DNA of 60,201 nt, taken from positions 1 through 60,201 of the IMG/VR virus record IMGVR_UViG_3300021964_000065; one strand, 5' to 3'. Position 1 is the first letter of the stretch. Every line of letters starts with the position of its first letter. Positions 1 to 8,442 of the stretch are shown here, piece after piece. This DNA comes from a virus. Lineage: Duplodnaviria > Caudoviricetes. Made by a program: the position numbers and the translations under genes. Under the pieces are notes generated by a model, which made no database searches, was not told where the DNA came from, and saw nothing but the letters and a program-made list of their open reading frames with translations.

Positions 1-114
1 ATACACAAACCTAATACATATCAGTTAGTGTATAAAGATTTATACAACGAAGAAAAAACATTAACTGGTACACCAAAGCAAATTATTAATCATATATTAC
101 AACAACAGTTATAA
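1..114 (+). CDS. 3' part of a 48-aa hypothetical protein spanning the circular junction (starts at 60158)
   Basis: After merging the 11-nt terminal overlap, ATG 60158 reads in frame to TAA 112-114 (MAGNKHNTQFAIHKPNTYQLVYKD...). Confidence 0.7.
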   Translation: MHKPNTYQLVYKDLYNEEKTLTGTPKQIINHILQQQL

Positions 115-119
115 CATAT

Positions 120-198
120 ATGATGGTCCTCTACCCCGTTGGCTTCGGCGAGGATAAGGATTAGCTACCTGAAGAACCCGCACAAGGGACGCCATCAT
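120..198 (+). ncRNA. putative structured small RNA 1 (tRNA-sized)
   Basis: GC-rich intergenic island; ATGATGG/CCATCAT closing stem; C(TTCG)G tetraloop; AGG-ATTAGCTA-CCT hairpin; GTCCTCT/AAGGGAC stem followed by G-CCA. Confidence 0.5.
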
Positions 199-213
199 TA
201 TAATATTAAAAAC

Positions 214-285
214 TACAGAGGATTACCGACGGGTAAATAGATACTCGAGTTGAAGTGAGAATAATGTTCCTCCTCCTCTGTACCA
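214..285 (+). ncRNA. putative structured small RNA 2 (tRNA-like acceptor stem plus CCA)
   Basis: Perfect 9-bp TACAGAGGA/TCCTCTGTA stem followed by CCA; internal CGGGTA-AATAGA-TACTCG hairpin. Confidence 0.5.
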
Positions 286-300
286 TATTAATAATACCTT

Positions 301-360
301 TTTTTGTTGTTTGTTACGGGTGGGAGTTAATTCTAAAATTGCTCTCACCTAACAACAAAA
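301..360. terminator. long hairpin (terminator or RNase III-type processing site)
   Basis: TTGTTA..GGTGGGAG / CTCTCACC-TAACAA inverted repeat in an intergenic region. Confidence 0.45.
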
Positions 361-381
361 CAAATAATAAATTAAATTAAA

Positions 382-564
382 ATGATAAACAACTTAAATG
401 ATACCACTTCTGGTATATGGAATTTTTTACTAGATTTTCAAACTGGTTTATATGACAATAGCCCTATAAATGAAAATGAACAATATAGTATATATGAATT
501 TTCAAAAGCTATTGAAGCAACACAAAAAGAATTAAATGAAATAATAAAATTAATAGACAGATGA
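382..564 (+). CDS. hypothetical protein
   Basis: ORF with AT-rich leader, overlapping the next gene. Confidence 0.6.
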   Translation: MINNLNDTTSGIWNFLLDFQTGLYDNSPINENEQYSIYEFSKAIEATQKELNEIIKLIDR

Positions 565-746
565 CAAAGAAATATAAAAACAAAAAAGAATTAATAATAA
601 CTGACCCTGCAGATTTTCCTGATGACTTTTGGAATTACTGGGTAAACCCTATCGTTGGTTATTATATACCTAACAGAAAATCAATGACAAAAAAAGAAGC
701 ACAAAGAAAAAAAGAATTAAACGAACAAATTAAAAATGAGTATTAA
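561..746 (+). CDS. hypothetical protein
   Basis: ATGA overlap with the previous ORF. Confidence 0.65.
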   Translation: MTKKYKNKKELIITDPADFPDDFWNYWVNPIVGYYIPNRKSMTKKEAQRKKELNEQIKNEY

Positions 747-767
747 CAATTAAATTAAATAACTATT

Positions 768-980
768 ATGAAAAAAATCAAAGAAGAAACAATTAAAGTA
801 AAATCAGCAGCAATTAAAAAAGCTAAATACAACCGCAGAAAAAAAATATTAGCTATTAAATTTCACAACGGCGATATATATTATTATCCTGAAATTGAAC
901 CATTTATTTTTGAAGGCTTGAAAGCGGCTAAGTCTGTAGGAAAATTTTTAAACAAATATATTATCCATGCAAAAAATTAA
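768..980 (+). CDS. KTSC domain protein
   Basis: VKSAAI..AKYN....LAIKFHNG..Y.Y..I....F..L..AKSVGKFLNKYI matches the KTSC pattern. Confidence 0.8.
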   Translation: MKKIKEETIKVKSAAIKKAKYNRRKKILAIKFHNGDIYYYPEIEPFIFEGLKAAKSVGKFLNKYIIHAKN

Positions 981-1182
981 AGAAGAAGCATTAAACAAAA
1001 TGCATGCAAAGCTAATAAACCAAACCAGAAAAGTAAGAGAGGCTGAAGAATTTAAAGGGTTTTGGTGGGATGATAGTGCAGATGAAATTGAATCGTCTAA
1101 ACAAATGTTGTTAGATGACGCTATTAAAAATCAAGAAGTATACGAATACATATATAAATTAATAAAGAATGACATTAACTGA
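967..1182 (+). CDS. hypothetical protein
   Basis: Tightly packed ORF. Confidence 0.6.
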   Translation: MQKIKEEALNKMHAKLINQTRKVREAEEFKGFWWDDSADEIESSKQMLLDDAIKNQEVYEYIYKLIKNDIN

Positions 1183-1465
1183 TGGAGATATTGAGCGTAT
1201 TGCTCAACTAATATTTGAAAAGCTTCTTGACAAACAAAAAAAGTTTGAAGAAGAAGAAGAAGAGATTGAACAAATATATCATATACATGATGAGCTAGGG
1301 CAAATTGCTGTGGTAAGTGAACAAGAATTTTTTGAATATGAATTAGACAGACTAATTGATTTAGAAAGAAAATATGTAGAAGAAGAAGAATTTGAAAAAG
1401 CTAATATTATTAAAAATAAAATACGTAAAGTCAAGTTGAAAATTAAAAAACAAAATGGAATCTAA
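1169..1465 (+). CDS. acidic protein with a C-terminal UVR (UvrB/UvrC) coiled-coil motif
   Basis: L..LERKYVEEEEFEKANIIKNKI resembles the UVR motif. Confidence 0.6.
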   Translation: MTLTDGDIERIAQLIFEKLLDKQKKFEEEEEEIEQIYHIHDELGQIAVVSEQEFFEYELDRLIDLERKYVEEEEFEKANIIKNKIRKVKLKIKKQNGI

Positions 1466-1658
1466 AAGAATAAAAACAAGATTAATAACTTTAGGCATAC
1501 CAGATAATTATAACGCTATGAATTACAGAGTGTTATGGAAACACAAAGACGGAATTTATGCAAATTATAAAGACTTCTCAAATATAAATGAAGCAAAAAA
1601 ATACGAACAAGAAATACCTAACAATTTAAAATTAAACACATGGATGGACAAACGATAA
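1455..1658 (+). CDS. hypothetical protein
   Basis: Tightly packed ORF. Confidence 0.55.
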   Translation: MESKRIKTRLITLGIPDNYNAMNYRVLWKHKDGIYANYKDFSNINEAKKYEQEIPNNLKLNTWMDKR

Positions 1659-2035
1659 CGCCAACAATATCTTTAGCAGCTTTAAAACATTTAGTTGAAA
1701 AAGAACTAAACATTAAAGACTTAAGTAATAAATGCAGATCAAGAGAATTAGCTCAAGCAAGATTTGTTTATTTTAAATTAAGCCGTAAATTCTGCCCACT
1801 TAGAAGCTTAACAGCTATAGGTAGAGAAGTTAAAAGAGACCATGCTACAGTTATTAATGGATTAAAAAAATGGGATGTAGAAATTATATATGACCCATAT
1901 ATGGAGATGGTATATGATAAGATTAGTTCTATATTAACTAATTCATCTATAATAGTTAGTGCTGGAGAAAACGCAATGACGTTTCAAATACTAGAAGAAA
2001 GAATATCTAAATTAGAAGAAGCTTTATTAGTATAA
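1640..2035 (+). CDS. DnaA C-terminal (domain IV) HTH protein
   Basis: SNKCRSRELAQAR...SLTAIGREVKRDHATVINGLKK matches the Bac_DnaA_C signature (SL..IG..F.RDHTTV). Confidence 0.8.
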   Translation: MDGQTITPTISLAALKHLVEKELNIKDLSNKCRSRELAQARFVYFKLSRKFCPLRSLTAIGREVKRDHATVINGLKKWDVEIIYDPYMEMVYDKISSILTNSSIIVSAGENAMTFQILEERISKLEEALLV

Positions 2036-2037
2036 TT

Positions 2038-2133
2038 ATGATGGAAATATTAAGTTTTAGTTTATTTATTATGTCAATTGGTATATTGTTAATTGGCATT
2101 GGGTTCATAATTGAAGTATCTAAAAAAAAATAA
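2038..2133 (+). CDS. small membrane peptide
   Basis: 31-aa ORF read manually; one hydrophobic helix plus KKK tail. Confidence 0.5.
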   Translation: MMEILSFSLFIMSIGILLIGIGFIIEVSKKK

Positions 2134-2218
2134 TAATATTAAACATGCTATTAAATAAGCAATATTTAATAATACCCTTTATTATAAAACATATTAATAC
2201 TAATTTAAAATAAAAAAT

Positions 2219-2425
2219 ATGAAAATAAATGTATCGAGTAGAAAAAAGAAACATGTTAACTATATAAGAGATTATATATTTAGCATTCATAGAGAATTAT
2301 CACAAGAAGTATTAGAAATAGGTGAGTTGTCTGGAAGACAATTAAATGAAAAAGTAAAAGGTTTACAAGAAAAAACAAATAAAATAAAGAAATATAAAAA
2401 ATATTTAAATTTATTATTATTCTAA
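2219..2425 (+). CDS. hypothetical protein
   Basis: ORF with A-rich leader. Confidence 0.6.
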   Translation: MKINVSSRKKKHVNYIRDYIFSIHRELSQEVLEIGELSGRQLNEKVKGLQEKTNKIKKYKKYLNLLLF

Positions 2426-2511
2426 TGGGAAAAACAAAACAACTATTATTGGGTATGTCTGAAGAAGAATTATTAGATTTGCAAGTATTATACGAAGTAA
2501 TCGGAGCAGAG

Positions 2512-2558
2512 TGCGACGATAGGTAATTATATATAAATAGTAATAGGCTAATGTCGCA
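2512..2558. promoter_or_regulatory. inverted-repeat operator-like site, copy 1
   Basis: TGCGACGATAG-N25-CTAATGTCGCA; right arm overlaps ATG 2551; recurs at 56171 and 59953. Confidence 0.65.
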
Positions 2559-3192
2559 TAGAAATACTGAGTATTTAAATCGTAGAAAAATAATTTATAG
2601 GAGAGATCCTGTGAATGATACCCCGACTGAAATTTTTGGTTGGGGTAAATTCTATAAAGAAGGTACGTATGAATGTTATGAGCTGTTTAGAAGTAAAGCT
2701 AAAATAACCACATATAAGTCTTTTAAATGGCATGCACTAGTTCTTTGGTATTTAAATCCTCAGTTAAATAAAAAAGATTTTGAAAATTTAATCTATTTTA
2801 TAGCTGAAAAGCAAAATGGTTTTATTACCTTCACAATTCCCATGCATGCTATACACAATATTATTTATGAAGTTTCAATGGAAGATTTAGAAGATCCCCC
2901 TAAAAACAGAATGAGAAAAATAATATTTAAAGATAATTGTGGATTAACAAGCAAGGAGAAATTAAAGATAGTAGGAACTTTAATGGGAAGAACTAAAAAA
3001 GCAGAAGAAACGGATATTTATGAGGCTATGATAGTACTGCATGACAACTCTAAAAAAATCACAATGAAAAGTTTATCTAAGATATTAAAAGTATCTACTA
3101 GAACGATATACAGAAACATTACAAATGATTTGAACAGAGAAAAAGCATTACTAAATGAAGAAATTCAACATACAAAACTATGCAAGGTTTAA
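2551..3192 (+). CDS. DNA-binding protein with C-terminal HTH (regulator or replication initiator)
   Basis: KKITMKSLSKILKVSTRTIYRNI helix-turn-helix. Confidence 0.65.
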   Translation: MSHRNTEYLNRRKIIYRRDPVNDTPTEIFGWGKFYKEGTYECYELFRSKAKITTYKSFKWHALVLWYLNPQLNKKDFENLIYFIAEKQNGFITFTIPMHAIHNIIYEVSMEDLEDPPKNRMRKIIFKDNCGLTSKEKLKIVGTLMGRTKKAEETDIYEAMIVLHDNSKKITMKSLSKILKVSTRTIYRNITNDLNREKALLNEEIQHTKLCKV

Positions 3193-3892
3193 AAACGATT
3201 TAAACGAAGTAAACCTTGACCTATATAACGATAGAGATAAATTAATAGTAGAAAACATAAAGCTAGTGGAAAACATAGCAAGATCATTTTCAACCATGCA
3301 ACAAGCCTCAGGGGTGTTAGATATAACTGACATGATACAAGAAGGTACTATAGGCTTAATAGCGGCTGTAGACAAAATTGAATGGCAAACTATAAAGCTA
3401 TCTACAAATCCAGAAAGAACATTAAAATCCTTCTTAAGCAAAAGAATTAAAGGTGCTATAAGAAGAGCTATTGATATTAATAGAGGAAATATTAGAATAC
3501 CAGAGCATAAACTTAATGATATGCGCAAAAATTCAGAACAAGAAAAAAAAATGGTAGAAATATTCTTTAATAGTATTTTTCAGAGTATTGATACTATTGA
3601 ATATAATACAAATACAACATACGACATAATTGATCCAGCAAAAGAGTACAATATAGATATATTAAATAAATATTTATTAAGTATAATGGGAGCTCATTTA
3701 TCTATAAAAGAATATGATGTACTCCGTATGAGTTATGGATTAGATTGTGAAAAAATGCAAGCTAAAGAAATTGCAAATAAATTAAAAATAGAAGGAACAG
3801 CCGCTTACGTTAGAATATCTCAAATAAAAAGAGATGCTATTAATAAACTAATAGAAAATGTAGATCCAGCGCAAGTATCTGACTTATTTTAA
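3155..3892 (+). CDS. sigma70-family RNA polymerase sigma factor
   Basis: Region 2 (LIVENIKLVENIAR..DMIQEGTIGLIAAVDK..RIKGAIRRAI), IRIP, and region 4 (E.DVLRMSYGL..KEIA..RISQIKRDAINKL). Confidence 0.9.
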   Translation: MKKFNIQNYARFKNDLNEVNLDLYNDRDKLIVENIKLVENIARSFSTMQQASGVLDITDMIQEGTIGLIAAVDKIEWQTIKLSTNPERTLKSFLSKRIKGAIRRAIDINRGNIRIPEHKLNDMRKNSEQEKKMVEIFFNSIFQSIDTIEYNTNTTYDIIDPAKEYNIDILNKYLLSIMGAHLSIKEYDVLRMSYGLDCEKMQAKEIANKLKIEGTAAYVRISQIKRDAINKLIENVDPAQVSDLF

Positions 3893-3920
3893 ATTATGTA
3901 TAATATTAAATTAAATAAAT

Positions 3921-4475
3921 ATGACAATTCAAGAAAAATTAAGTTTAATTCAACAAGAGTTTAAAGCAAAAAAATCTCGCTATAACTCATTCGGCAAGTA
4001 CAACTTTAGATCTGCTGAAGACATTTTAGAAGCACTTAAACCAATTAACAAAAAGTATAAAGTATACTTTACAATTGAGGAACAAGTCAGTGAAATAGCA
4101 GGTATACCAATTATTCATTCAGTTGCAAGTATGAATGATGGCGACCTTAGTATTACAGCTACCGCTATTGTTGGTGTAGATTTAAATCAAAAAGGTATGC
4201 AGGTACCTCAACAGTTTGGGTCTGCTTCTTCTTATGGTAAAAAATATGCTTTAGGTAATCTTTTATTAATTGATGATACAGCTGATTCCGATGCTACAAA
4301 CACTGGAGGTAATCAACCTAAAAATAATTTAGTTAGAAATATAGCTAAACCTGAAATTAATATGGATAACATTGAGCAAGCTAAAAAGTTTTTAGCGAGT
4401 GGTGGTTCTATAGAAACATTGCACGAAAAATATACTATTAGCCCAACTATGTTGAAAATATTAAAAAATGGATAA
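3921..4475 (+). CDS. ERF-family single-strand annealing protein
   Basis: NSFGKYNFRSAEDILEALKP and Q.FGSASSYGKKYAL motifs. Confidence 0.85.
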   Translation: MTIQEKLSLIQQEFKAKKSRYNSFGKYNFRSAEDILEALKPINKKYKVYFTIEEQVSEIAGIPIIHSVASMNDGDLSITATAIVGVDLNQKGMQVPQQFGSASSYGKKYALGNLLLIDDTADSDATNTGGNQPKNNLVRNIAKPEINMDNIEQAKKFLASGGSIETLHEKYTISPTMLKILKNG

Positions 4476-5199
4476 GGATAAAATTTTAAAAAAATTACAA
4501 GAAGATGAACATTACTATGGGGCATTTGGTAAGCAATATTTAAGTAATTCTGATATAATGGCATTACTTAATAATCCTTTGGATTTTAAAAAGCCATCAC
4601 CACCATCCTCAGCTTTTTTAATTGGAGGATATTTTCACACTTGCATATTAGAACCAGACAAACTAAAAAAATACAAAGTAGTTCAATCATCAAATAGAAA
4701 TACAAAAGTATATAAAGAAATATCTGGAGGAGAGTTATGTATGTTACAACATGAAGTTGATATGGTTGAAATGCTTAGAGACAAAATGTTTAGTAACGAA
4801 ATTTGTAGAGATTTTATACAAAATCCAAATAACGATTATGAAGTACCAGGTATTGTTGAATTGCAAAACAATATGTGGAAGGGGAAAGCTGATATTATTA
4901 ATCATGACGAAAAATTAGTTATAGATTTAAAAACCACAAATGATATATCAAAATTCAAATGGAGTGCATATAAATATAATTATGATAGCCAAGCTTATAT
5001 ATATAAGAAAATATTTGGATATGATCTTTTATTCTTGGTTATAGATAAAAATACGCAACAAATTGGTATCTTTGATTGCTCGGACAAATTTTATGAATCA
5101 GGGTCTGATAAAGTTACTCGAGCAATTGAAGTATATGAACTGTTTTACAAAACAGAAAACTTTGATCCAAATCAATATTTTTTAACAAAGACCCTTTAA
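4468..5199 (+). CDS. PD-(D/E)XK exonuclease (RecE/DUF3799-like)
   Basis: LSNS, G..FH..ILEP, KGKAD, IDLKTT and Y.Y..QA.IY motifs; adjacent to ERF. Confidence 0.8.
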   Translation: MDKDKILKKLQEDEHYYGAFGKQYLSNSDIMALLNNPLDFKKPSPPSSAFLIGGYFHTCILEPDKLKKYKVVQSSNRNTKVYKEISGGELCMLQHEVDMVEMLRDKMFSNEICRDFIQNPNNDYEVPGIVELQNNMWKGKADIINHDEKLVIDLKTTNDISKFKWSAYKYNYDSQAYIYKKIFGYDLLFLVIDKNTQQIGIFDCSDKFYESGSDKVTRAIEVYELFYKTENFDPNQYFLTKTL

Positions 5200-5213
5200 T
5201 TAAATTTTATATT

Positions 5214-5534
5214 ATGGCAGGAATTTTAAAAGGAAGCATTAACTTAAGTGCAATTCCAAAAGACAAGATTATCGCAGGTAAAAAAGGACAATACCTACCG
5301 GTAACAATTACTTTTAACGATGAAGTAGATCAATTTGGCAATCAAGGGCCTATTATTGTCGAACAAACTAAAGAAGAAAGAGATAGTAAAGTGGCTAAGA
5401 CTTACTTGGGAAACATTAAAATTGTTTGGACTAATGGTCAAGTTGAAGCAGCACCTAGGCAAGATCAAGGTATGCAACAGCAAATTAATGCAGCTATACC
5501 ACAACAACCATCAACACCAGATTTACCATTTTAA
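5214..5534 (+). CDS. probable single-stranded DNA-binding protein
   Basis: OB-fold size, flexible tail ending DLPF, located between exonuclease and primase. Confidence 0.65.
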   Translation: MAGILKGSINLSAIPKDKIIAGKKGQYLPVTITFNDEVDQFGNQGPIIVEQTKEERDSKVAKTYLGNIKIVWTNGQVEAAPRQDQGMQQQINAAIPQQPSTPDLPF

Positions 5535-5544
5535 ATTAAATTAA

Positions 5545-7254
5545 ATGAACACAACGGAGATCAATGGATTTTTGATTGATAAATTCAATCAACATGGTCT
5601 ACCAGAAGGGAAAACGCAGGGGATTTGTCCCCTGTGCTCTTTAGATAGACAACCTAAAAATCAGAAAGCAAACTGTGCTTCTTATGATTGGGAACGTGGT
5701 CTTGGTACTTGTCACAATTGCAACAAAACATTTCAGCTACATTCATACCAGCGTAAAGGTTCATCAAATAAAGTATACGTTAGGCCAACTACGCCTGACT
5801 TTATTGAAGAAGTGAGCACTAACGTGGAGAAATGGTTTGATGGTCGAGGTATATCTAAAAACACGCTAAAGGAACTTAAGGTTACTGAAGGTGCTGAATT
5901 TATGCCGCAGACGGGTCAAATGGAAAATGCTATACACTTTAATTATTTTATAGGAGACCAATTAATAAACGTCAAATATAGAGATGGACGCAAAAACTTT
6001 AAATTATATAAAGGGGCGGAAAAAGTATTTTACAATATAAATAGTGTTGTAGGATATGAATACTGTGTTATAGTTGAAGGTGAAATGGACGTACTAAGCT
6101 TACATGAGGCAGGAATTGAAAATGTAGTATCTGTACCTAATGGTGCAACTTTAAATAACAACAACCTTGACTATTTAGATAATTGTATAGATTATTTTAC
6201 TGATAAAGATAAAATAATAATTGCAGTTGATGATGATGATGCTGGACAAGCTCTACAACAAGAGTTAGTTAGAAGATTAGGTGCGGAGATATGTTATTTA
6301 GCTACATTTGAAGATTGTAAAGACGCAAATGAATATTTATTAAAATATGGAAAAGAAGAACTGGCGAAGCGTATTGCCAAAGCAAAACCGGTCCCTCTTG
6401 AAAACGTTACAACGTTCAGGGACATTGAAGCAGAAATTACAGATTTTGTTGAAAATGGTTTTAAACCCGGTTTCCAAGTTGGATTACCTAATTTCGATAG
6501 TATTTTCAGTACTTATACTGGTCAGTTTATTACTGTTACTGGTATTCCTTCTAGTGGAAAGTCTGACTTTGTTGATCAAATGGTGGTGGGGTATAATGTA
6601 AATTATCAATGGAAAACCGCTTTTGCATCGCCTGAAAACGCTCCAACATATTTGCATGCTCATAAGTTAATGAGAAAAGTTTGGCAAGATATGCCATCTA
6701 AAAAAGATATTGGTACAGATAAATGGAATCAAGTAGCAGAACATATTAATGATAACTTTTATTTTATTGATATGGATAAATATAGTTTAGAAGCTGTATT
6801 ACGCAAAGGTGCTGAATTAGTAAAACGTAAAGGGATTAAATGTTTAGTTATTGATCCTTTTAATAAAGTTAGATCTAATGATGCATCAGGAGATGTTAAT
6901 GTATACACCCTTGAATATTTATCTAAAATAGAAATATTTGCAAAAAAATATGATGTTTTAGTTATTGTGGTTGCTCATCCTACTAAAATGTATAAAGATG
7001 CTAATGGTAAGATTGAAGAACCTACAATGTATAATATTAAAGGAGGAGGAGAATGGTATGATGCCAGCTATCATGGTATATTAGTTCACAGAGATTATGA
7101 GCAAAGAACTGTTAAAGCTAAAATATTGAAAGTCAAATTTCAAAACCTTGGTGAAAATGGGGCTGAAGCTCATTTTAAATGGGAACCAAAATCAGGTTGC
7201 TTTATACCACATGAGCCTTTAGATTTAACTGAGGAAAAAATGCCTTGGGAATAA
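5545..7254 (+). CDS. primase-helicase (T7 gp4/Twinkle-like)
   Basis: CPLC/CHNC Zn finger, TOPRIM (VEGEMD, D.DDAG, KDANE), Walker A GIPSSGKS, VIDP, VAHP. Confidence 0.93.
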   Translation: MNTTEINGFLIDKFNQHGLPEGKTQGICPLCSLDRQPKNQKANCASYDWERGLGTCHNCNKTFQLHSYQRKGSSNKVYVRPTTPDFIEEVSTNVEKWFDGRGISKNTLKELKVTEGAEFMPQTGQMENAIHFNYFIGDQLINVKYRDGRKNFKLYKGAEKVFYNINSVVGYEYCVIVEGEMDVLSLHEAGIENVVSVPNGATLNNNNLDYLDNCIDYFTDKDKIIIAVDDDDAGQALQQELVRRLGAEICYLATFEDCKDANEYLLKYGKEELAKRIAKAKPVPLENVTTFRDIEAEITDFVENGFKPGFQVGLPNFDSIFSTYTGQFITVTGIPSSGKSDFVDQMVVGYNVNYQWKTAFASPENAPTYLHAHKLMRKVWQDMPSKKDIGTDKWNQVAEHINDNFYFIDMDKYSLEAVLRKGAELVKRKGIKCLVIDPFNKVRSNDASGDVNVYTLEYLSKIEIFAKKYDVLVIVVAHPTKMYKDANGKIEEPTMYNIKGGGEWYDASYHGILVHRDYEQRTVKAKILKVKFQNLGENGAEAHFKWEPKSGCFIPHEPLDLTEEKMPWE

Positions 7255-7515
7255 ATGGCTAAAAGAAGAGAAACAATTTGGATGCCAGAATATATGACTT
7301 CTAAGAATGAAAATGAATGGTATGCTTGGGGAGTTAACAATAACATTAGAATTTCACCTAAGCCAGCAACTCAGGGTCCAAACCCTAAGGAATGGTATTT
7401 AGAGGTTTTTAATAATGGTAGATGGTATAAGTCTCCTAATGTTTATGGACCAAAAGAAATATGGTATGAATTTTATTTAATGTATAAATTTTATTTTGAC
7501 AAATATAAAAAATAA
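7255..7515 (+). CDS. hypothetical protein
   Basis: Abuts the primase stop codon. Confidence 0.7.
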   Translation: MAKRRETIWMPEYMTSKNENEWYAWGVNNNIRISPKPATQGPNPKEWYLEVFNNGRWYKSPNVYGPKEIWYEFYLMYKFYFDKYKK

Positions 7516-7522
7516 TTAAATT

Positions 7523-8347
7523 ATGATAAATATAGATGAAGAATATAGAGGATTACTCTCTGGAGTATTTCACGCAGGTAAAAGTAAAGAAGACCGAACA
7601 GGTGTTGGTACAAGATCAGTGTTTGGTAGAACCATAAGACACGATATGCGTGCTGGTTTTCCTTTAATAACTACTAAAAAAGTAAATTTTAATCATGCAC
7701 TTACAGAAATATTATGGATACTTCAAGGCCGCACTGATTTACAATATCTTATTAACCATAGGGTTAATTATTGGACTCCCAACTATGAAGCCTCAGGAAG
7801 GACTGATGGAACTCTTGGTAAGGTTTACGGTTATCAGTGGAGAAATTTCAATGGGGTTGATCAATTGTTCAATTTATTATTGGACATCAATAAAAACCCA
7901 GATTCGAGAAGACTCATGGTTAATGCTTGGAATCCTGCTGATTTCGATGATATGGCATTGCCTCCTTGTCATTATGGTTTTCAAGTCTATATAAATGATG
8001 GTGTTATGGACCTTATGTGGCAACAAAGATCAGTTGATGTATTTTTAGGATTACCATATGATATAGCAATGTACGGTTTATTATTATTAATGTTAGCTAA
8101 AGGAAGTGGCTATGAGCCGGGACAACTGATAGGACAGCTTGGTGATTGTCATTTGTATAATAACCATTTAGAGCAAGCTAAAATACAATTAGCAAGAGAA
8201 CCAAAAGCATTACCTACGGTTGATGTTTCATTTGGTTTAAAAGTTCAAGAAGGAGCGGGAAACTTTTTATTTGTCCCTTCACATAATATGTTTAAAATAA
8301 ATAACTATGAATCACATCCAGGAATCAAAGCAGAACTTGCAGTCTGA
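7523..8347 (+). CDS. thyA: thymidylate synthase
   Basis: DRTGVGT, FPLITTKKV, YGYQWR, MALPPCH, QRSVD.FLGLPY, DCHLY.NH. Confidence 0.96.
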   Translation: MINIDEEYRGLLSGVFHAGKSKEDRTGVGTRSVFGRTIRHDMRAGFPLITTKKVNFNHALTEILWILQGRTDLQYLINHRVNYWTPNYEASGRTDGTLGKVYGYQWRNFNGVDQLFNLLLDINKNPDSRRLMVNAWNPADFDDMALPPCHYGFQVYINDGVMDLMWQQRSVDVFLGLPYDIAMYGLLLLMLAKGSGYEPGQLIGQLGDCHLYNNHLEQAKIQLAREPKALPTVDVSFGLKVQEGAGNFLFVPSHNMFKINNYESHPGIKAELAV

Positions 8348-8442
8348 TAGAATATGGTTTCAAAAAACCAATTACCCATCAAAATGGCTATCAGAAAGAA
8401 GTATTAAAATAATAAATGATATTTTAAAAAAAAACAAATAAT

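Noticed and set aside
120-285. Canonical tRNA genes
   Set aside because: No TTCRA T-loop or standard 7-nt anticodon loop; kept only as tRNA-like ncRNA candidates
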